Positions 25,093-32,928 of a stretch of DNA of 64,000 bases are shown piece after piece. The position numbers and the translations under genes are program-made. Within the stretch, counting starts at the first letter, position 1. Every line of letters starts with the position of its first letter. Below the pieces are notes generated by a model. It was given only the letters and a program-made list of their open reading frames with translations. It ran no database searches and had not been told where the DNA came from. The DNA comes from Acidobacteriota bacterium. GTDB taxonomy: Bacteria > Acidobacteriota > Thermoanaerobaculia > UBA5066. The DNA lies in NCBI GenBank assembly GCA_008363385.1, contig RHKY01000005.1:18254-82253 (forward strand), given 5' to 3'.

Positions 25093-27102
25093 TCAGGCGG
25101 CCGCGGGCGCCTTCTCCCGCTCCTTCAGCGGCTTCCACCGCTGCCGGGCGCCCTCCTGGACCTGTCCCGCCTCGTCCCTCCTCACCCTCACGATCGCGTC
25201 GAACCGGCAGACCTGGTAGCAGGCGTCGCACCGGATGCAGCGGTCCTGGTCGACGACCTGCAGGGCCCTCGGCCCCCCGCTGATCGCGCCGGTGGGGCAG
25301 GACTTCGCGCAGAGCGCGTCGCCGACGCACGCCTCGTTGACCGCGTAGGAGACGAGCTCCTTGCAGACGCCCGCGGGGCACCGCTTCTCGAGGATGTGGG
25401 CGTCGTACTCCTGCCGGAAGTAGCGGATCGTCGACAGGACGGGGTTCGGGGCGCTGCCGCCCAGCTGGCAGAGGCTCGTGTCGACGAGGACGCCGCCGAT
25501 CTCCGCGAGGAGGTCGACGTCGCCCGGGCGCCCCTCCCCGCGGGTGATCCGGTCCAGCACGTCGTGGAGCATCCGGAGGCCCTCGCGGCAAGGGAGGCAC
25601 TTCCCGCAGGACTCCTCGATCAGGAAGTGGATGAAGTACTTCGCCACGTCGACCATGCAGGAGTCCTGGTCCATGACGATCATCCCGCCCGAGCCCATCA
25701 TCGAGCCGGCCTCGGTGAGCGCGTCGAAGTCGACCGGGAGGTCGAGGAGGCTCTCGGCCTTCTCGTCCTCGCGGATCCGCCCGCCGGCCACCATCGAGTC
25801 GTGGACCGCCTCGTCCCGCGTCTCGACGATGAGCGTCCCGCCCGACGGGCCGCCCGTCTGAACGGCCTTGAACTTCTTCCGCCCCGGGACGCCGCCGCCG
25901 ATGTCGTAGAGGATCTCCCGCAGCGTGATCCCCATCGGGACCTCGACGAGGCCCGTGTTCTGGATCTTCCCGGTCAGCGCGAAGAGCTTCGTCCCCTTCG
26001 ACCCCTCGGTCCCGATCGAGGCGTACCAGTCCGCCCCCTTCTCGACGATGAGGGGGACGTTGGCCCACGTCTCGACGTTGTTCAGGTTCGAGGGGCGGTC
26101 CCAGAGCCCGTGCTCGACCGTGTGGACGTACTTGGCGCGGGGCTCGCCGATCTTCCCCTCGAGCGAGGCCATGAGCGCGGTCGACTCCCCGCAGACGAAG
26201 GCCCCGCCCCCGCGGCTGACGTCGACGTCGAAGTCGAAGCCGGTCCCGAGGACGTCCTTGCCGAGGAGGCCCCGCTCCCGGGCGGCCTCGATGGCGATCC
26301 AGAGGTTCCTCACGGCCAGCCGGTACTCGTCGCGGACGTAGACGAACCCCTCGTGCGAGCCGATCGCGAACGCCCCGATCAGCATCCCCTCGATGACCGA
26401 GTGCGGGTTCCCCTCCAGGACGGCGCGGTCCATGAAGGCGCCGGGGTCCCCCTCGTCGGCGTTGCAGATGACGTACTTCGGCTCGCCCTTCGCCTTCCGG
26501 CACGACTCCCACTTCCGTCCCGCCGGGAAGCCGCCCCCGCCCCGCCCGCGCAGGCCCGCCCTCTTGACCGTCTCGATGACCTCCTCGGGCGCCATCGTCG
26601 AGAGCGCCTTGGCGGCCGCGGCGTACCCGCCGAGCGCGAGGTAGTCGTCGAGGCAGGTCGGGTCCATCAGCCGGTTCTTCCCGAGGATCAGGCGGAGCTG
26701 CTTGCGGTAGAACGGGACGTCCTCCTCCCGCTCCACCTTCTTCCCGGTCGCCGGGTCCTTGTAGAGGAGCTTCCCGACGACCTGACCGTGCTTGACCGTC
26801 TGCTCGACGATCAGCGGCACGTCCTCCGGCCGGATCCGCTGGTAGAAGACCCCGCTCGGCTGGATGCCGGCGAGCGGCCCCCGCTCGCAGAAGCCGCGGC
26901 AGCCCGTCAGCTTCAGGCGGACGACGTCCTGGAGCTTCTCGGCCTCGATCCGCTCCCGGAACGCCGCGGCCACGTCCTCGCACCCGCAGGCCAGGCACCC
27001 GGTGCCCGCGCAGAGGTGGATCGCGGTGACGTTCTCGTCGACCTCGGAGAGGAGCCGGGCCCGCTCGGCCGCGAGCGCCTCGGGGCTCCCGATCCGGCTC
27101 AC
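25093..27102 (-). CDS. NAD(P)H-binding FMN/Fe-S subunit, NuoF/HoxF/HydB (Bfu-type) with N-terminal 2Fe-2S and C-terminal 2x[4Fe-4S] domains
   Basis: GRGGGGFPAGRKW, ICNADEGDPGAF and ESCGKCLPCREG motifs. An N-terminal thioredoxin-like Cys cluster (CAGTGCLACGC...CRGFC) is present. The C-terminal end has CAKSCPTGAI...CIRCDACYQVC. The GTG start overlaps the NuoE-like stop (GTGA). Confidence 0.9.
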   Translation of the reverse strand: MSRIGSPEALAAERARLLSEVDENVTAIHLCAGTGCLACGCEDVAAAFRERIEAEKLQDVVRLKLTGCRGFCERGPLAGIQPSGVFYQRIRPEDVPLIVEQTVKHGQVVGKLLYKDPATGKKVEREEDVPFYRKQLRLILGKNRLMDPTCLDDYLALGGYAAAAKALSTMAPEEVIETVKRAGLRGRGGGGFPAGRKWESCRKAKGEPKYVICNADEGDPGAFMDRAVLEGNPHSVIEGMLIGAFAIGSHEGFVYVRDEYRLAVRNLWIAIEAARERGLLGKDVLGTGFDFDVDVSRGGGAFVCGESTALMASLEGKIGEPRAKYVHTVEHGLWDRPSNLNNVETWANVPLIVEKGADWYASIGTEGSKGTKLFALTGKIQNTGLVEVPMGITLREILYDIGGGVPGRKKFKAVQTGGPSGGTLIVETRDEAVHDSMVAGGRIREDEKAESLLDLPVDFDALTEAGSMMGSGGMIVMDQDSCMVDVAKYFIHFLIEESCGKCLPCREGLRMLHDVLDRITRGEGRPGDVDLLAEIGGVLVDTSLCQLGGSAPNPVLSTIRYFRQEYDAHILEKRCPAGVCKELVSYAVNEACVGDALCAKSCPTGAISGGPRALQVVDQDRCIRCDACYQVCRFDAIVRVRRDEAGQVQEGARQRWKPLKEREKAPAAA

Positions 27103-27635
27103 TTCCGCCTCCCGACGACCGCCCGCGCCTTCGGGGGCGCCGCGAGGACCTTCTCCACCATCTTCTCGACGTCCGTGACCGTCAGGTGCCCGTAGTACCG
27201 CTCGTCGGCGACCACCACCGGCCCGAGCGCGCAGGCGCCGACGCAGTTGACCGTCTCCAGCGTGAACTGCCGGTCCTCGGTCGTCCGCCCGCGCTCGACG
27301 TGGAGGTCGCGCTCGAGCTTCTCGAGGATGCTGCGCGAGTTCCGGACGTGGCAGGCGGTCCCCGTGCAGACACAGAGGCGGTGCTTCCCCTTCGGCTCCA
27401 GGCTGAACGCCTTGTAGAAGGTCGCGACCCCGTAGACCTGCGAGAGCGCGAGGTCCATCCGCCTCGCGATCCGCTTCAGCGCCGCGGCGGGGAGGTAGGA
27501 GAGCTCCTCCTGGACCTCCTGCAGGATCATGATGAGGGCGGTCGGCCGCGCCTCGTACGAGGCGACGATCTCGTCCACCCGCGAGAGCGAGACCTCCGCC
27601 TCGCGGGGCGGCTCGGCGACGGCGGCGTCACTCAT
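27099..27635 (-). CDS. NuoE/HoxE/HydC-like thioredoxin-fold [2Fe-2S] subunit
   Basis: LMILQEVQEELSYLP...ATFYKAF...CVCTGTACHV...VNCVGACALGPVV. Confidence 0.9.
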   Translation of the reverse strand: MSDAAVAEPPREAEVSLSRVDEIVASYEARPTALIMILQEVQEELSYLPAAALKRIARRMDLALSQVYGVATFYKAFSLEPKGKHRLCVCTGTACHVRNSRSILEKLERDLHVERGRTTEDRQFTLETVNCVGACALGPVVVADERYYGHLTVTDVEKMVEKVLAAPPKARAVVGRRK

Positions 27636-28557
27636 GGGCGGCCTCCTCCCCCTCCGGCAGGCCCGGCCGGCTGACGCGGTGCGCGTGGCGCTGCCCCGGC
27701 GCGAGCGAGCGCGGCGCCCCCTCCTTGTAGACCCGGCCCCCGAGTCTCATCCGGCGGCGCGCGGGGACGGCCCGGGAGGGGCAGGCGTCGTAGCAGGCCC
27801 CGCAGCCGTTGCAGCGCTTCACGTCGACGTACCGCGGGCGGACCCGGATCGTCGCCTGGAAGCTGCCGACGTACCCCTCGACCTTCTCGACCTCCGCGCC
27901 CGTGACGAGGCGGATCTTCGGGTGCTGCGCGACGGCGACCATCTTGGGCGTCAGGATGCAGGCGGCGCAGTCGAGGGTCGGGAACGTCTTGTCGAAGCTG
28001 ACCATGTGGCCGCCGATCGAGGTCTCCCGCTCGACGAGGACCACGTCGAAGCCGGCGTCGGCCATCTGGAGCGCCGCCTCGATCCCGGCGATCCCGCCCC
28101 CGACGACGAGCGCCCGCCGCCGGATCGCGACCCGCCGCATCTCCAGCGGCTCCTGCAGCGCGACGCGCCGCACCGCGGCGGCGACCATCGCGCGCGCCTT
28201 CTCCGTGGCGGCGGGCCCCTTCTCCGAGACCCACGAGACCTGCTCGCGGACGTTCGCCATCGCGAAGAGGTACCGGTTCAGCCCCGCCTTCTCGACGGCC
28301 TTGCGGAACGTCGGCTCGTGCATCAGCGGGCTGCACGCGGCGACGACGACGCGGGTGAGGCCCAGCTCCCGGACGTCGCGCTGGATCAGCTCCTGCCCAG
28401 GGTCGCTGCACATGAACTTGTAGTGGCGCGCCACGACGACGCCCGGCGCGGCGGCCGAGGCGGCCGCCACGGCCTCCACGTCGACGGTCTTGGCGATGTT
28501 CGTCCCGCAGTGGCAGACGTAGACGCCGATCCGCACCCCGCCGTTCCCGTCGCTCAC
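27628..28557 (-). CDS. N-terminal half of heterodisulfide reductase subunit A (HdrA)
   Basis: RIGVYVCHCGTNIAKTVDVEAV...KFMCSDPGQELIQ...VVVAACSP..HEPTFR, the FAD motif ALVVGGGIAGIEAAL, DKTFPTLDCAACILTPKM, and finally RPRYVDVKRCNGCGACYDACP. It is colinear with the first ~300 aa of HdrA as I recall it from methanogens. The GTG start overlaps the hdrB stop (GTGA). The 3' end overlaps the nuoE-like start by 8 nt. Confidence 0.85.
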   Translation of the reverse strand: MSDGNGGVRIGVYVCHCGTNIAKTVDVEAVAAASAAAPGVVVARHYKFMCSDPGQELIQRDVRELGLTRVVVAACSPLMHEPTFRKAVEKAGLNRYLFAMANVREQVSWVSEKGPAATEKARAMVAAAVRRVALQEPLEMRRVAIRRRALVVGGGIAGIEAALQMADAGFDVVLVERETSIGGHMVSFDKTFPTLDCAACILTPKMVAVAQHPKIRLVTGAEVEKVEGYVGSFQATIRVRPRYVDVKRCNGCGACYDACPSRAVPARRRMRLGGRVYKEGAPRSLAPGQRHAHRVSRPGLPEGEEAAHE

Positions 28558-29432
28558 GCGTGCACCTCCGCGGCGGACCTGCCGAGCGCCGTGCCGTCCA
28601 CGAGGAGCGCGTCGAGGAGCATCTCCTCGGCCGTGAAGCCGAGCGCCAGCCCGACGAGCTGGGTGAAGTAGACGACCGGCAGGTGGAAGTCCGTCCCGTG
28701 GACCCGGTTGATCCGCCCCTGGTACGCCTCCAGGTTCAGCTGGCACATCGGGCAGGTGGTGGCGAGCACCTCCGCGCCGTTCTGGACCGCCGCCGTCAGG
28801 ATGTCCCGGTTCAGCTTCAGGGCGACCGCCTCGCTCGTCGTCATCAGCATCCCGCCGCAGCAGCGGAGCTTCGCGGGGAAGGGGACCGGCTCGGCGCCGA
28901 GCGCCGAGAGGAGGTTGTCGAGCTGCTGCGGGTCCTCGCGGTCGTCGTACGTCCCCTTCGGGCGGACGAGCTGGCAGCCGTAGTAGGGCGCCACGCGCAG
29001 CCCCCCGAGCGAGCGGACCGCCCGCTCCCGGACCCGCTCGACGCCGTAATAGGTCGTCAGGACGAAGAGCGGGTGGAGGACCTCGAGCCCGGCCTGGTAC
29101 GAGAGCCCGGCGGCGCCGAGGACCTGGTTGATGTCCTTCTTGCGCGCCTCGTCCCAGCGCATGTGCCGGTTCACCTTCGAGAGGATCGTGAAGCAGGAGC
29201 TGCACGGGGCGCAGACGTCGAGCCCCATCCTCTCCGCGTACGCCAGGTTGCGCGCCGAGAGGGCGTAGGCCGTCAGCTTGTTCATGGCGATGTAGGACGT
29301 GGCCCCGCAGCAGTTCCAGTCCTCGATCTCCTTGAGGCCGATCCCGAGGCGCTCGAAGACGAGCCGCACCGAGACGTCGTACGGGCGGCCGGTCGCCTCG
29401 AGGCTGCAGCCGGGGTAGTAGGCGTACTCCAT
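28554..29432 (-). CDS. hdrB: Heterodisulfide reductase subunit B-like (two CCG domains)
   Basis: MEYAYYPGCSLE...EDWNCCGATS and YYGCQ...KLRCCGGMLM...TCPMCQ. Confidence 0.85.
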   Translation of the reverse strand: MEYAYYPGCSLEATGRPYDVSVRLVFERLGIGLKEIEDWNCCGATSYIAMNKLTAYALSARNLAYAERMGLDVCAPCSSCFTILSKVNRHMRWDEARKKDINQVLGAAGLSYQAGLEVLHPLFVLTTYYGVERVRERAVRSLGGLRVAPYYGCQLVRPKGTYDDREDPQQLDNLLSALGAEPVPFPAKLRCCGGMLMTTSEAVALKLNRDILTAAVQNGAEVLATTCPMCQLNLEAYQGRINRVHGTDFHLPVVYFTQLVGLALGFTAEEMLLDALLVDGTALGRSAAEVHA

Positions 29433-30028
29433 CAGAGCCCCCCCATGGACTGCGCCTTGTCGATGATGGCCCGCACCTCGTGGATCCTCTTCACGCGCGC
29501 GGGCAGGAGCGCGAGGCGCTTCTTCCGGAGGAGGCCGAGCGCGAAGCGGTGCAGGTCGGGCGAGAGGAGCTTCGCGGGCCCGGCGGCGAGGTAGTACTTG
29601 AACCCGAGCCAGATCTCCCAGTTCCGCCCCCAGTCGCGGACGTTCCGGGTGAAGGCGTCGGCCAGCGCGTGGACCGGGAAGCTCCGGGGGAAGACCTTCT
29701 TCTTCTCGGCCACCCGCTTCAGCGCGTAGAGGCTGTCCGTGACCCGGATCCCGGCCGGGCACCGGACGGCGCAGGCGTAGCACGACGCGCACATCCAGAT
29801 CGCCCGGCTCCGCAGGATCTCCTCGAGGAAGCCCGCCCGGAAGAGCGCCACGACCTGTCGCGGCGTGATGTCCATCGCCGGGGCGACGGGGCACGACCCG
29901 GTGCAGGTGCCGCACTGGATGCAGTTCAGGATCCGGTAGCCGTCGGGGAAGGTGCCGACCTGGTCCCAGAAGGCGGCGCGCAGCTCCGCCTCGCGCCGGG
30001 GAAGGGACGCCGCGGGGGGTGACGTCAT
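29432..30028 (-). CDS. hdrC: Heterodisulfide reductase subunit C-like (2x[4Fe-4S])
   Basis: CIQCGTCTGSCPV and CASCYACAVRCPAGI. The stop shares one nt with the hdrB ATG (TGATG). The upstream part of ORF 29432-31534 is junk. Confidence 0.8.
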   Translation of the reverse strand: MTSPPAASLPRREAELRAAFWDQVGTFPDGYRILNCIQCGTCTGSCPVAPAMDITPRQVVALFRAGFLEEILRSRAIWMCASCYACAVRCPAGIRVTDSLYALKRVAEKKKVFPRSFPVHALADAFTRNVRDWGRNWEIWLGFKYYLAAGPAKLLSPDLHRFALGLLRKKRLALLPARVKRIHEVRAIIDKAQSMGGL

Positions 30029-30112
30029 GGAGCCTCTCCTGGCGGGACCGGACCCTCCCCGCACACGGCGGGGCGGCCGGGCCGTCCTGTCGGGTTCGTC
30101 GCGCGGGGTGTT

Positions 30113-30128
30113 TGCAATCGACGAGCCG
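30113..30128 (-). promoter_or_regulatory. Candidate sigma-54 (-24/-12) promoter for the hdr-hox-mvh operon
   Basis: The minus strand reads CGGCTCGTCGATTGCA. The GG and GC dinucleotides have the canonical spacing of TGGCACG-N4-TTGC(A/T). It lies about 85 nt upstream of the hdrC ATG and directly downstream of a sigma-54-dependent regulator gene. There are two mismatches to the consensus (T to C before GG, A to T in GGCAC). Confidence 0.45.
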
Positions 30129-30177
30129 TCGGGCGCCGTGCCGGCGCCGCCGCAGCAGCCCGTTGCCGTGTCGTGTC

Positions 30178-31611
30178 TTACCGGCCGGCGTCCCGCGGCG
30201 GGCGCGCGTCCCGCCCGGACGGAGGGGGAGATTCGCCCCCGCCGGGGGCATTTCGCCCCCGTTCGCGGAGCCCGTACTCCCGGACCTTCCGCGAGAGGGT
30301 CTTCCGGTCGATCCCGAGGAGCGCCGCGGCGCGCCCGACGCGCCAGCCGGTCATCTCCAGCACCTTCCGGACGTGCTGCGCCTCGAGCCCCGACAGGCTC
30401 AGGTCGTCGCGGTCGGCCCCTGCCGAAGGCGCCTCCGCGCCCCGGCGCGGCAGCGGGAGGTCCTCCGGGCCGATCTCGGGCCCGCGCGCGAGGACCAGCG
30501 CGCGCTCGAGCGCGTTCTCCAGCTCGCGCACGTTCCCGGGCCACGCCTCCTCGACGAGGCGCGAGACCGCGGCCTCCCCGAGCGTGCGCGGCTGGAATCC
30601 CTTCCGCCGGACGAGGCGCTCGACGAGCGCCCGGGCCAGCGCCGGGATCTCCTCCCTCCGTTCCCTCAGCGGCGGGACCGGGACGACGACGACGCTCAGC
30701 CGGTAGAAGAGGTCCTCCCGGAACCGGCCGGCCGCGATGAGCGCCCGTAGGTCGCGGTTCGTCGCGGCCAGGATCCTCACGTCCACCCTCACGGTGGCGT
30801 TCCCGCCGACGGGCGTGATCTCCCGCTCCTGCAGGACGCGCAGGAGCTTGGCCTGCAGGGCCAGGTCGAGGTTCCCCAGCTCGTCGAGGAAGAGCGACCC
30901 GCCGTCGGCCTGGACGAACCGGCCGGGCCGCTCGGCCGTCGCGCCCGTGAACGCCCCCTTCACGTGCCCGAACAGCTCGGCCTCGCAGAGCGTCTCGACG
31001 AGGGCGCCGCAGTCGACGACGAGGAACGGCCCGTCGCGGCGCGGGCTCAGCCGGTGGATCGCCCTGGCCACCAGCTCCTTGCCCGTGCCGCTCTCGCCGA
31101 GGACCAGGACGGTGGACTGGGTCGGGGCGACCCGCTCGATCAGCTCGCGGACGCGCTGCATCGACGGGCTGTCGCCGAGGAGCTCGTCCTCCTCCGCCCC
31201 GCGGAGCCCCTTCCGGAGCGCGTCGTTCTCCGCGACGAGCCGCCGTTTCTCGAGCGCCCGGGCCACGGCGAGGCGCAGCGAGTCGACGTCGAACGGCTTC
31301 GGCAGGTAGTCGCAGGCGCCCAGGCGCATGCAGTCGACGGCCGACGGCACGCTCGAGTAGCCCGTGACCACGATCGCCTCGGCCTGGGGGCAGAGCGTCC
31401 GGAGCCTCCGGAGGAGCTCCTCCCCCCCCATCCCCGGCATGCGGAGGTCGAGGACGACGACGTCGGGCCGCCGCGCCTGGACGAGCTTGAGCGCCTCGAA
31501 CGCGTCCCGGGCCGTCTCCACCTCGTGGCCGCACCGCTCGAGCGCCTTCCGGCAGGAGTCGCGGATCACCTCCTCGTCGTCCACGACGAGGACCCTCGCG
31601 GGGGCGCTCAC
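30178..31611 (-). CDS. Sigma-54-dependent response regulator (NtrC family: REC + AAA+ + Fis-type HTH)
   Basis: Receiver VLVVDDEEVIR...VVLDLRMPGMGG...KP. AAA+ motifs VLVLGESGTGKE, the GAFTGA loop, LFLDELG, RFREDLFYRL. C-terminal HTH AAALLGIDRKTLSRKVREYGL. The GTG start overlaps the kinase stop (GTGA). Confidence 0.9.
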   Translation of the reverse strand: MSAPARVLVVDDEEVIRDSCRKALERCGHEVETARDAFEALKLVQARRPDVVVLDLRMPGMGGEELLRRLRTLCPQAEAIVVTGYSSVPSAVDCMRLGACDYLPKPFDVDSLRLAVARALEKRRLVAENDALRKGLRGAEEDELLGDSPSMQRVRELIERVAPTQSTVLVLGESGTGKELVARAIHRLSPRRDGPFLVVDCGALVETLCEAELFGHVKGAFTGATAERPGRFVQADGGSLFLDELGNLDLALQAKLLRVLQEREITPVGGNATVRVDVRILAATNRDLRALIAAGRFREDLFYRLSVVVVPVPPLRERREEIPALARALVERLVRRKGFQPRTLGEAAVSRLVEEAWPGNVRELENALERALVLARGPEIGPEDLPLPRRGAEAPSAGADRDDLSLSGLEAQHVRKVLEMTGWRVGRAAALLGIDRKTLSRKVREYGLRERGRNAPGGGESPPPSGRDARPPRDAGR

Positions 31612-32741
31612 GCTCCCTCCGGGGCGAGCGGGAGGAGGACGCGCACGGTCGTGCCGGCGCCCGGGACGCTCTGGATGTCGATCCCGCCGCGGTGCTGCTC
31701 GACGATGCCGTAGCTGATCGCCAGCCCCAGCCCGACCCCCTCGCCGACCTCCTTCGTCGAGAAGAACGGGTCGAAGACGCGCGGGAGGTCCTCGGCGGCG
31801 ATCCCCGCCCCCGTGTCGCTGACGGCCACCCGGCAGGTGCCGGGCTTCTCCGAGAAGCCGCTCCGCACCGTCAGCTCGCCGCCGTCCTTCATCGCGTCGA
31901 GCGCGTTGAGGACCACGTTGACGAAGACCTGCTGCAGCTTCGCCGGGTCCGCCTCGACCGGCAGCGGGAGCGGGCTCAGCTCGGTCCGGACGCGGACCGC
32001 CTGGAGCCGGGGCTGGCGCGCGAGGAGGCCGAGGACGGAGAGGACGACCTCGTTCAGGTCGACGCGGCGCAGCTCCGCGGGTGTCTGCCGCGCGAAGTCG
32101 AGGAGCCCCTTCACGATCTCCTTGGCGCGGGCGGCCTGCACGGCGATCCGCTCCATCTCGCCGCGGCGCGGGTCCTCGGCGGGGGTCGCCTCCACGAGGA
32201 GGTTCGCGTAGAGCAGGATCGCCCCGAGCGGGTTGTTGATCTCGTGGGCCACGCCCGCGGCCAGCCGGCCGGCCGTGGCGAGCCGCTCGGCCTGGCGGAC
32301 CCTCTCCTCGGCCTCCAGGCGGTTCGTCTCGTGCGAGCGCTGGAGGGAGGCGGCCATCTGGTCGAGCGCCTTCCGGAGCCTCGAAAGCCTCCGCCCCGCC
32401 CCGGGCGTACGGTGCGAGAGCTCCCCCCCCGCCCACCGGCGGGCCGACTGGACGAGCGCGTCCTCCTCGGCCGAGACGGAGCGGAGGAGCGCGAAGAGGG
32501 CGGCCGCGAAGGCCGAGGCCGCGAGGAGCCCGCAGCCGGCCAGGAGGGCCGGGAGCCCCGGGCCTGCGGGGAGGGACCCTCGGCCTGGCCAGACCGAGAG
32601 GACGAGCGCGGGCGTGGCGGCCGCCGCTCCCGCCGCCGCGAGGAGGAGGACCGCCCCCGGCTCCCTGCGCGACCGCCGCGGGCCGCTCTCGAGCCCGTCC
32701 GTCCCCTCGCCGACCCCGTGGCCCGGACCTGTCGCGGACAA
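31608..32741 (-). CDS. Sensor histidine kinase (two TM helices with a very short loop, HisKA, HATPase_c)
   Basis: H-box AAGVAHEINNPLG, N-box NVVLNALDAM, G-boxes DTGAGI and GVGLGLAISYGIVEQHRG. The start is uncertain. The TTG at 32741 is the first candidate that does not overlap the upstream gene. The ORF itself extends to 32960. Confidence 0.75.
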   Translation of the reverse strand: MSATGPGHGVGEGTDGLESGPRRSRREPGAVLLLAAAGAAAATPALVLSVWPGRGSLPAGPGLPALLAGCGLLAASAFAAALFALLRSVSAEEDALVQSARRWAGGELSHRTPGAGRRLSRLRKALDQMAASLQRSHETNRLEAEERVRQAERLATAGRLAAGVAHEINNPLGAILLYANLLVEATPAEDPRRGEMERIAVQAARAKEIVKGLLDFARQTPAELRRVDLNEVVLSVLGLLARQPRLQAVRVRTELSPLPLPVEADPAKLQQVFVNVVLNALDAMKDGGELTVRSGFSEKPGTCRVAVSDTGAGIAAEDLPRVFDPFFSTKEVGEGVGLGLAISYGIVEQHRGGIDIQSVPGAGTTVRVLLPLAPEGA

Positions 32742-32847
32742 CTGCCACCGAGGATAGGAACTTCGCTCCGGAGCGGCAAGCGTCCCCGGGGCCGTCCGAC
32801 CGGGACTAGCCTCGGGGAGCAGGGCGCAGGGCCTCGTCTCTCCGGGA

Positions 32848-32867
32848 ACGGCGCGTCGCGGCGCCGT
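32848..32867 (-). terminator. Weak hairpin downstream of the ELWxxDGT gene
   Basis: ACGGCGC-gtcgcg-GCGCCGT, a 7-bp GC stem about 60 nt past the stop at 32929. There is no clear U-tract. Confidence 0.25.
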
Positions 32868-32928
32868 CTTCCCGGCGTTCGACGCGACCGTCAGGGGAGG
32901 CAGAGACCGAGGGAGGAGCGCCCGTCGC

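Noticed and set aside
22856-27195. 1380-aa ORF 22856-26998 (minus) and 1273-aa ORF 23374-27195 (plus)
   Set aside because: Only the last 157 codons of the first (mvhD) look like protein. The rest, and the whole plus-strand ORF, are shadows of the hdrA-C fusion and nuoF-like genes.
27628-27760. A frameshift error creating the basic C-terminal tail of the HdrA N-terminal fragment (ARRRMRLGGRVYKEGAPRSL...)
   Set aside because: The other two frames are clearly worse (Pro/Gly/Arg junk). None of them continues the HdrA alignment, which resumes only in 23326-25080. The 8-nt overlap with the nuoE-like start fits a genuine gene end.
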